The position numbers and the translations under genes are program-made. A stretch of DNA of 64,000 nucleotides from Octopus vulgaris. Taxonomy: Eukaryota. The stretch is from positions 85,994,001 through 86,058,000 of the forward strand of contig OX597820.1 in assembly GCA_951406725.2 (NCBI GenBank). Reading direction: 5' to 3'. Positions 54,379 through 64,000 of this stretch are shown one piece after another; position 1 is the first letter of the stretch, and the number at the start of each line of letters is the position of its first letter. Under the pieces are notes generated by a model that saw only the letters and a list, made by a program, of their open reading frames with translations, was not told the DNA's origin and made no database searches.

Positions 54379-55239
54379 TAATTGCTACAGAGACAGTAAA
54401 AAACGTATAGGAATTAATTCAAAATATAAGTGAGGTGTGATAGATTACCACGCTGAAACTTTTCTTCATTACACGACATTTTCCGTAATTCGAGAATGAC
54501 GTTCTAAATGTTGTCTGTTAAGCACAATTTATTTTCAACTTACGTAAATAATCTCTACATGATAGACTGTGCCTGTTTATATTAACCATCAATCTTCAGT
54601 CCAATCCTGCATTCTCTTTGACTAGGCAAAAAGTGTTGTTCACGCTATCTTACGCAAATACACTACCATTTTCGGTATTTTTCATTGTTTCGATAGACTA
54701 TTTTTAGTATTGTCTTACACAATCATACCAACCACAATTCTTTGTCAACTACTTACATAAAAGCATATATATGAACGCACTCACAGATATGTGCAAGTAT
54801 ATGTGCGTATGTGTATGTGTATATATATGTGTATAAATATTTCCTCTTCGGATTTGGTTTGCAAGATTTTTTATGTGAGTTCGTGTGTTGAAGCATATTT
54901 TGTTGTGTCTGGGGAGGGTCATTTTCTTTTAGTGCTTCATTATTTAACACACTCACCTGTAAAGCTTCCACCCATTTAATTATTTATAATATATATACAT
55001 ATATATATATATATAATATATAATATATATATATCCTTAAAATCCTTAAAAATGTTTTAGCCCGACGGCCGCGGCCATGCTGGGGCACCACCGCTGAATG
55101 AGCTACACTAGTTTGTGAATCCACCTCTGATACGTGGCGCTTGATCAACAAGGGAGTTCGATGCTGCTGCCCGCATCCGTGTCTCCTGTCGTGAGGTAGG
55201 TTCATCTGGGACTCCCAACAATATATATGTTATTTATAT

Positions 55240-55820
55240 CATTATATGATTAAACGCCACGCATCCTCTTCCAAGTAAGTTTTATCTAAATATTTCTGAT
55301 GCGCACTCCATACAATCATGTTACTCTTTCGTTTTTCTCTGTTCACCCTTATTCATTTACCTCCTTCTCCCACTATTCTATCCTATTACTCTGTCACTCT
55401 CTCTCCTTCACTCATCTCCGTTGCTCTCGTGGCTTCCACGTGACTATCGGCCATCTTGCTTTCCTGCTTTCCGTTGTAGCTGGATCAAGGATTTTGATTT
55501 ACGCGTTCACCACCACAACCACGTTTAGGCTTAGCAGCCCTTCCTGTTTGTTTTCACTGTCCTGTTTATGTTACCTATTTTGGCCCTCGGCAAAATCCCA
55601 AATTTTATGTAATTTGATTTCCGGGAGCAACTGTTTTATCGAAAGCGTATATTGCTGTTAAATGCTTGAAATACGAGACTAGGTTACAGAAGGATCGTTC
55701 TTTATGTCCTTTGTTTTGTTTTCCATTTGTGTTTTTCGTTGTTCGAAAGAATAGTTTGTGTTCCATGTACTCGTGCTTCGTACTTTTTCGTTGTACACGT
55801 TTTGTGACGTCCTGTGCCCA
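55240..55820 (+). mobile_element. Old non-coding Penelope-like/retrozyme-like element
   Basis: Pyrimidine-rich strand, CACGTGACTA..GGCCAT motif shared with 47357, hammerhead-like module at 55626-55675, ends in (CA)/(TA)n. Confidence 0.45.
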
Positions 55821-55933
55821 CACACACATATATATATATACGTATAGATGCAGGTATGTATATATACGTTTGTATATATGTACATGTATATATATATATA
55901 CGTATAGATGTATGTTTATCTACGTACGTATAT

Positions 55934-55988
<55 letters not shown>

Positions 55989-56039
55989 TAGATATAGATA
56001 GATAGATAGATAGATAGATGGATAGATAGATAGATAGAT

Positions 56040-56088
<49 letters not shown>

Positions 56089-57044
56089 CACACATATTGC
56101 TATGCCACACATGGTCTCCCGAAACCACCAACAGGCTCGAACTGTGTGTATCCGATAGGTCAGAAGACCTTAGGCGAGCTCAGCAAACCAAATTGCTTAG
56201 ACCTGAGGAGGCAGTAGTCAATCAAGGAAGTCAGGAGAGTTAAAAATAACAAACAAAACCATTGAGTATAACCAAAATAAAAGAACTTTAATGAAGTGGC
56301 GAATAAACATTTATGGAATAAATAGACAGTTGTTCAGTTAGTTTTTAGAGATTTCTTTAATTTATCTTTGAAATATGCATACTTCTTCTGGTGACCTCTT
56401 CTTTTATTTACTAGTCTATTGATTTCTTTTCTTTTTTTTTTTAATCTTTTTTTCCGACTACTCTGATGTTACTGCTGAATTCGCGGTGCTACTCCACATA
56501 CTTTATGTTGCCAAGTTCACTTTTCACATTAAGTACCGAAACCAATTTCACACGCGACACCAAATTCATGTTCAAAATTAATTTCCCGGCACCATCTCAT
56601 ACATCATCTGCCTCACATAAGCCGCATGGCACCGACATAAAACCGCTCTCATCGACTCCCCACCACATCTCACCTCAACGTCCCCCATCGACTTCCAGCA
56701 GATTTGGAACCACATGTTCGACACCGTCGCATCCCGTTCACATCGACTTTCAGCACTAACTAACACGCCACATGTTAACCGGTAGTCCTTATATTTCGCC
56801 CACACATCATACCCCAAAATCATATCGCCTACGCTTTAAAAAGTCATATGACCACAATCAATTATTTTTCCGTAGGTAAGTAATTTTTTAATGTTATTCA
56901 TATATGCCCCTCCTTATGCACCGCTTAAAAGTCTCACTTTTCCCCAGTTTTTATTCCTCGATCCTATCGCCAAAGGAATATTTGCAAGCTAGGAACACGA
57001 GCAGCGCGTAACATTAAATTACATATCGTAATTACACCAACATT

Positions 57045-57137
<93 letters not shown>

Positions 57138-57139
57138 TT

Positions 57140-57425
57140 AGGAGGCACGGCCTAGGTATTAGGGTATTGCACACATGATTGCAAGATAATGGGTTCAATT
57201 CCTAAAACGGGGTCTACGTTGTGTTTTTCAGCAAGATACTTCATCTCATGTTGATCTAAGATTACTTCGACACCTGACGTGTAGTTCACTGTGCATCTAT
57301 TCGGGTAACGACGATTTGATGGAGCAAATGAGCCAATTTACAGTATTTAATGCATTTAATCACTATAAACAAATCATTGGTGCAGGTCATTTTGCAGTCA
57401 CACATGCTTTTCGACGGCAGAGCCA
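57140..57425 (+). mobile_element. Decayed tRNA-derived SINE
   Basis: GGAGGCACGGCCTAGG..GGGTTCAATTCC..TTGTGTTTTTCAGCAAGATACTT. Confidence 0.6.
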
Positions 57426-57537
57426 ATCTTATATACATTTGTTAAAGACTAGTAAATAAATTTCGCAGGCAGTGTAGCTGTGAAAACAGCAGAAATTTTA
57501 ATTACTTTTACCCTTATAAGACCGAAATATTTGCCAG

Positions 57538-58152
57538 CAGATTTTTAATTATGCTAGACCACTGTTTTTAAATTGATATTAATCAAATTAATATTAAATT
57601 TTTCACCCTTATTATTTTAAATTTAAATCTAAATAGCTATGTTCTCTAACCAGCAAAATTCACCGCAGAGAATTATTTTATGCAGAAATATTTCCGGTAG
57701 TTTAGCGCTATAACAATGGCTTTTGAAAAGTGACTGCAATTTGTAACTGTATACATGTTCAATCTCATGCGGATGTCCCGTCTATACTTCTGCAAATTAT
57801 GGATGCTAAGATGATCATACTGACGAGTTTTGCGGATGATAACATAAACGATTTTCTAAGCATTAACAAGGAAACCATGGTTTGTGATTAATCTATATTT
57901 TGTATCATTCCATTTGCTTTGATCGCTCACGTTTTGACGTTTGCTGAATTTTTCTGAAGAACATTCCTTTATTAGTGGTAAGACCATAGTGGATCTTCTT
58001 CTAGCATAATGGATGTCCACTTACAGGTCATCCAACTTTTATATGTATGTAATATAATTTTTTCTGAAACTTCAGATTTTAAATATGCTAGACCACTGGT
58101 GTTAAATTGATATTAATCAAATTAATATTCGGTTTTTCACCCTTATTAAATT

Positions 58153-58157
<5 letters not shown>
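57538..58157. repeat. ~85-bp direct repeat pair (57538-57628, 58074-58157)
   Basis: TATGCTAGACCACTG..TTAAATTGATATTAATCAAATTAATATT...TTTTTCACCCTTATTA occurs twice. Confidence 0.85.
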
Positions 58158-58218
<61 letters not shown>

Positions 58219-58222
58219 CATA

Positions 58223-59464
58223 CAGGGTCTTGCAGAAAAACTGAGACCAATTTTAAGCAGTTGACTTTGTTTAACATTTCATTTTTGACAAAACGTTGCT
58301 TGCTTGAAAATGTAACTCTCCTTTATTTAGTTAAAAAGCGAACTGATTCGCCAACAATGTTATGGAAAAGCAGAATCATCTCGCTGTAATTGTTTTGGCG
58401 CGCGCCCGGCGCACTTCCGATAAAATCGTTATGTTAATAAACTTCCAAAAGCAACAGCTTATCGTGCTTATAAAGAATGTCAAGACACATCATCCGAAGT
58501 GATTCCTCGTGCAATCCAAAGTTTTCTAGCTGGTCTCAAACGCTCGATTGTAGCCAACCTATCTACACCCATGACAACTGTTGCAAAGAAACGCAATGTG
58601 TCCCTTTCCACGGTGGCCAGAGCTGTGAACAGGAACTTTGGCATGACTAGCTATGGTTGACGACACCGTCACCTCCTAACAGTCAAGGTCAAAGTTATCG
58701 GAGCCGAAAGATGACCAAAGTTTCTGTCATTCATCAAGCATCAAGGTTCAGGAAAAAGCTTTCGTGTTTGTGGAGGAGTAGTTTGCTGTGGACTCCGGAG
58801 TGAATCGCTGAAATTCTCGAATGATTGCATACAACCCTTCTGAGTCCCCACTGCGTTTGAAACTAAGAATCCTACATCTGTGGTGGTATTTAGAGCCGTG
58901 GCGAGTGATGAAAGTGTCATAGATCCACACGTCATTGAGTCTGGGTTGAAGAACGGAACAAAGGAGTATCTGGACATCCTGAAGAACACTCTTGGATAGA
59001 AGAGAGGTTTGGACTTGACAATGTGATGCTTATCTAGGATTCTGCACCATGCCATAGGCCAAAAGCAACACAAGCCTTCCTTGGTGAGAAGGTGCCATTT
59101 TTTGTGAGTGTCAACATGTGGCCCAGTTATAGCCCATATCACAAACTTCGCGATTACTTTGTATGGGGCGTACTTCAAACAAGGTGCAATGCTTCACTAC
59201 ACTCGAGTGTTAACAGTTTGAAGAACTGCACCGTGCGTGCGGCACAAAAAATTAAAAAATTTGCAGGCTGCGAAAGCTGCAACCGTATTTCGTTCTCGTA
59301 TGGAGGCAGGAATTGCTCAAAAGGGAACCCATATTGAGTGATAAATGTTTCTATTGTAGTAAATGTTAAACTAAAATTATATCTGTCTACTACCATTGTT
59401 TTAGTATTTTAGTATCTAAGTTTACGAATCTTAAGAATTATCTCAATTCAGCTGCAAGACCATG
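58223..59464 (+). mobile_element. Full-length inactive Tc1/mariner transposon, DD37D (maT) type
   Basis: TIRs CAGGGTCTTGCAG / CTGCAAGACCATG with TA flanks. Broken transposase ~58362-59341. Exactly 37 residues lie between the D of *DSAPCH and the D of WPSYSPYHKLRDYFVWG. Confidence 0.9.
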
Positions 59465-59772
59465 TATATGTATGTAAACACACACATATGGAAACTTCTG
59501 AAAAATAAAACTCGAGATGTATTGTTCTTGGAATTGTGACACATACGTGCACCATGTTCTTTCTTTCATCACTTTTAAAAAGTATGGCTGTTTCTACACA
59601 ACCCAGCACTCTATAAATCAAATCAAATGTGTGGGTTTTCTGATGACTTACATTCGTTCATTCAATACCGTACAACTGGCGGGACACAAATGTCACATTG
59701 TATATAAGTATTATGAGTGACAAAGAAAATGTAAGTTGACAAATGCTCATTCGTCGAAACTGACGAGAGAGT

Positions 59773-59830
<58 letters not shown>

Positions 59831-59842
59831 GATATGTAAAAA

Positions 59843-59931
59843 AAAATACAAACTGTGACAAGAACGCATAACACTTAGAAGACGATACAACAAACACAGA
59901 CAGGACATTCGAAGCCCTCAGTCTTCAGTCA
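59843..59931 (-). mobile_element. Short fragment of the 30432 family
   Basis: GGACATTCGAAGCCCTCAGTCTTCAGTCA matches 30514-30542. Confidence 0.75.
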
Positions 59932-59944
59932 TGTATATATATAA

Positions 59945-60384
59945 TGTAGGATAAAACTTTTTTCGAAAAAATTATTTTCAAAAAAATTTTTATCAATGGC
60001 CAGCATATTAAAAAATACCTTTAAAGGTTAAATTTATAAACAATTCATAGATAAGGGCAAACGAAAAAATTTCTAATGCCAAATATGCCGAAAAATTGGA
60101 CATATTGTCCATTAACCATATAATGTTTTCACAATACGCACGCTACTCGAAAAAAGGTGGACAGAAATTTCTAAAAGATTCCATTATTACCATATCGGAC
60201 CGATTCCAGGGTTAGCTTATAACAGCCCTCCCTTTGTCAGTGATACATGTGGCAAAAGAAATAAATGAGATACTTACTCATACCCATGGAAAAATTGTGA
60301 AAATATATGGTTAATGGACAATATGTCCAATTTTTCGGCATATTTGGCATTAGAAATTTTTTCGTTTGCCCTTATCTATGAATT

Positions 60385-60391
<7 letters not shown>
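59945..60391 (-). mobile_element. Penelope-like terminal fragment with an ~87-bp perfect inverted duplication and a mutated type I hammerhead (60187-60246)
   Basis: 60035-60121 is the reverse complement of 60305-60391. Minus strand: UAUCA-CUGACAA-AGGG...CCCU-GGAA-UCGG(U)CCGA-UA-UGGUA. Confidence 0.7.
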
Positions 60392-60453
<62 letters not shown>

Positions 60454-60851
60454 GTATGTATGTATGTATACCTAGGTGTGAGCTTGTGTGTGTGTTTACG
60501 TTGTGTTTGTGTGTTTGTGCGTGTGTGTGTGTGTATTGAGACGAGAAATATAAATAGAAAGACAGACGGACAGATGGCTAAACAGATAGATACACAAACA
60601 GACAGACAGATATATACATACGCACGTACATATATACAAGCTTTAAGATTTCCTATGGCTCAAAATGGACTACGAGAACCAATCGAATTGCCAGAATTTG
60701 GAACCCCCTTCCATCTCATTTCTTACCCACTTCTTCATTTCTCCTTCTTCATAGTGCCTTACACCAAGTGGCTTATCGCCTTGCTTTCGACTTTCTAAGA
60801 CGAAAAAAAAACTATTATATTTATTCTTTATTTCAATATACTCTGCACTGT

Positions 60852-61235
60852 GGAGGCGCAATGGCCCAGTGGTTAGGGCAGCGGACTCGCGGTCATAGGA
60901 TTGCGGTTTCGATTCCCAGATCGGGCGCTGTGAGTGTTTATTGAGCGAAAACACCTAAAGCTCCACGAGGCTCCGGCAGGGATGGTGGTGATCCCTGCTA
61001 TACTCTTTCACCACAACTTTCTGTCGCTCTTACTTCCTGTTTCTGTTGTACCTGTATTTCAAAGGGCCGGCCTTGTCACTCTCTGTGTCACGCTGAATAT
61101 CCCCGAGAACTACGTTAAGGGTACGCGTGTCTGTGGAGTGCTCAGCCACTTACATGTTAATTTCACGAGCTTGCTGTTCCGTTGATTCGGATCAACCGGA
61201 ACCCTCGTCGTCGTAGCCGACGGAGTGCTTCCACC
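60852..61235 (+). mobile_element. Young full-length tRNA-derived SINE
   Basis: A box TGGCCCAGTGG, B box GTTTCGATTCC, tRNA-like head, tail GGAGTGCTTCCACCA. Confidence 0.9.
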
Positions 61236-61239
61236 ATCC

Positions 61240-63100
61240 ATACTCTACACTAACCTTGTATTCCGCATCATTCCAAGACTTTGGTAGTTTCGTTGGAGAA
61301 GGAATGTTTGTTCTTGTATCAAGTATCCTTCTGTCGCAATTTTCAATCCTACATCTCTCAATTAATAACGAATTACCTTTACCAACTTCCTTCAGTATTG
61401 TGTAGTGATGGTCACACGGTGGCTTATTTCTCAGCATCATCTTAACATTTTGTAATTCCATTTCCCATTTTGTTATTACGTTAAGTTGCTGATTCCCCAT
61501 CCTCTTTGCATTTGCCGTTTACTTCAGCGTCATCTATGTTATAATTTGTTGGCTTCCTCGAAGACAGAAAACATTTTTTTTTTCATGTAAAAATAATCTT
61601 TCTGTGTCGTCTTTTGGGTTCTGTTTTCTAAATGCAGTTACTATTCAACTTCTTTTCTTGTCTAGTCTCGCTAATTCATTTAGCTTTCAGTTGATAATAT
61701 TATAACTATAACTTATTACTGCAACAGCTGTATATTACCATGTGTTTGCTATTTATCTCTGTTTTCAATATTAATGTAATTCTTCTATACTATTCTTACA
61801 TATAATGTTCTTTCATATATGTATGTACTTTGTCTCGTCTTGCTCATTAATTCTTAAGTATTTGTAAGTCTTTATGTTTCTTCTAATTCTGCTGTTTATG
61901 TTGTTTTATCTAACATGATATTAGTGTTTCGTATTAATGTTCCTCTCTTCAAGATTGTCTAAACCAAATTTTTTGCCAATTACACTACTGAATCTGTGCA
62001 TCGTATGTAATATTGTTTCCACTTTCATTTTTATCTTCAGACTTGTACATCATAGCATAGTGGTGAATTAGTTTGTTTTGCAATTCCGATGTCGCAGTTC
62101 AGATGGCTCTGAGTGCCGCACCGTAGCCATGTATCTTCTGCCACACCCTCGATTTGAGTCGATATTTAATAAGGTATCCAGGTAGGTGGAACAGTGCGGA
62201 AGTACGTTCACTGGACTACATTCTTAAAGCTGTTAAACTGACCTGTTCCACATTAAACCATGATGATTCTCATTAAGAATATTCTTAAGTACAACAATCG
62301 TTTCAGGGAACTACGCTATCTGGAAATGTGTGTATATATCTGTTCGTTGAACGACAGAAGGACGCATCGCTCAAACAGGCAGATAATTTATATTATAGTT
62401 TGAAATCGCACTGTCCCAGTCTAACTTTACAATGTTGGTTGAAATATCTGTGGCAGTCAAGTGCCTTGGAACATTTCTTGTGATGAGTAGGATAGGATTC
62501 GTGTTTGCACTTCATTCACTTTTTTACATTGATTGAATTATTTGTCATTTGCACATGACATGTTTAATTGCCTGTTTAGTTTTAATTACTACGTTGTTCA
62601 ACCCATGTTTGTTGATATCCTACGTTTCCGAAACACCGTAAAATCTTGTACTGTATGCTATCCATCACTTGTTTCTTTCACAATATCATTTTGGAATGCA
62701 TTGACATTTGCGAGTATTTGACTCTTTCCAGTATCCCCTATGATCATGAATAAATTGTGTTTTGCTAGGGTAATCATTTATTATCTGCATCATTATTGCA
62801 ACTAAAAGTTTGTTAGCTACAATAAGGCAGTTAATGGGTCGGCAGTGTTGAGATGTTGTTATTTATCTCCGGATATAAGGTTTTCTTTGTTATTGATGCA
62901 TTATCAGCTGTTGTTGCTAATTGTTTCTGGAGATTATTCGATATAGCAATTACTCCAAGCATGCCTGTTGAATATATCAGAGATTTGAGGCTTTATCTTT
63001 TCCTTGGATTTAGATTTTTTAGAGCCTAGGCTACCTCTGCAGGAGGCCTGGTTAAACCATCACGCATAATAAGGTACTCTACAGGATAGTCTGAAATTTG
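61240..63100 (-). mobile_element. Highly decayed Dong/R4-like LINE RT region
   Basis: Minus-strand remnants of YKYL (61855), HLL..DDLK-like (62030-62070) and VKMMLRNKPPCD..YT.LKEVGKG (~HHPKADI.RLY..RKEGGRG). Right boundary uncertain. Confidence 0.5.
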
Positions 63101-63484
63101 TCAGGCTTGAAAATCCCCTAGCTCTTCACGAAATACTTCGATCTGTAAATTATTGTTTCTTTTGACGCTCATTTTAATTAGTTCATTAAATCATTTTTTA
63201 GTTGCAATCCGAAAATTTGTTTCGTTCGAAGAACAATCATCGTTTTCGCAAAGACGAATTCTAGCTATGATCTTTTATTTTGCGCATACTTTCTCTTCAA
63301 TGTTATATTTCTGTATTATTTGTCTGACTTGCTTTCAATTTCAGTTGTGTGGCTTCTTTATTGATCACATGGTGGATTGAAAAGTCATTTATTTTTTTTT
63401 TTTTATTTCTTCATGTTTCTCAGGTTGTGAGCTTGGGATTTGATACATACATACATACACACATACATACATACATATACATAT

Positions 63485-63552
<68 letters not shown>

Positions 63553-64000
63553 GCAGTACACACTTTCTTTGTCATCTGTTGCAGCTACTGCATAAATTAC
63601 TTAGCTGAAACGGGTGATATTCATGTTCGCCTTTATTTCCACTAAGTCTGCACTAACCAGTTTTGCGTTTTCTTTATATTTGTATCAATTTTATCTTGAT
63701 AGATGCTTTCGCTGATCCAAAGAAAGATCTATCGATTTTTGATTTATTAACAATTTCCACCTTTGGAACATATATTGAGAATGCTCATCTTTAGAATTAT
63801 TCTTTTCTTATATCTTCCTCATATTGCTGTTTCTATTGAACTAGTTCGAACTGCGCTGGTCAATAATTTGTGAAAATACAAGTGCTTGGTTCGGTTGTAT
63901 TTTTTTTTGTATGTATTTCTATGTAATAATCTTATCTTGTGTTTATTTTCTAAATGGCTTTAGCTGTAATATTTTAATCTTCATTTCTTTTTCATTTTTA

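Noticed and set aside
59759-59780. CTGACGA hammerhead core
   Set aside because: Part of a decayed SINE segment (GAAACTGA..GAAGCCCGTCGTA); no downstream GAAA or stems.
60852-60925. tRNA gene
   Set aside because: The tRNA-like head continues into a SINE body seen elsewhere in the window; the acceptor stem is not intact.

Overview
AT-rich, microsatellite-dense animal genomic DNA with one 100-N gap. The SINE and LINE repertoire suggests an octopod cephalopod (inference). There is no intact protein-coding gene, and nearly all listed ORFs are microsatellite artefacts. The window holds: a decayed Tx1/L1-type LINE; a stack of RLE-type (Dong/R4-like) LINE fragments in (TAA)n; a young but doubly truncated CR1-group APE-RT LINE; an RTE 3' end; a full-length, dead DD37D (maT) Tc1/mariner element; MITEs; a head-to-tail non-autonomous Helitron array; many tRNA-derived SINEs; a probable pseudogene of a Sushi-like single-pass membrane protein; and a few candidate splice signals. 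The most interesting signal is RNA structure. Several (TA)n-inserted non-coding repeats carry hammerhead ribozyme motifs. Some are canonical type I (29055-29105 -, 34254-34304 +). Others have their three strands in a non-circularly permuted order (30524-30590 and 31304-31370 -, with decayed analogues at 47689-47749 and 55626-55675 +). The first two sit in a 780-nt tandem unit with retrozyme-like architecture. All calls were made by eye; no searches or folding programs were run.
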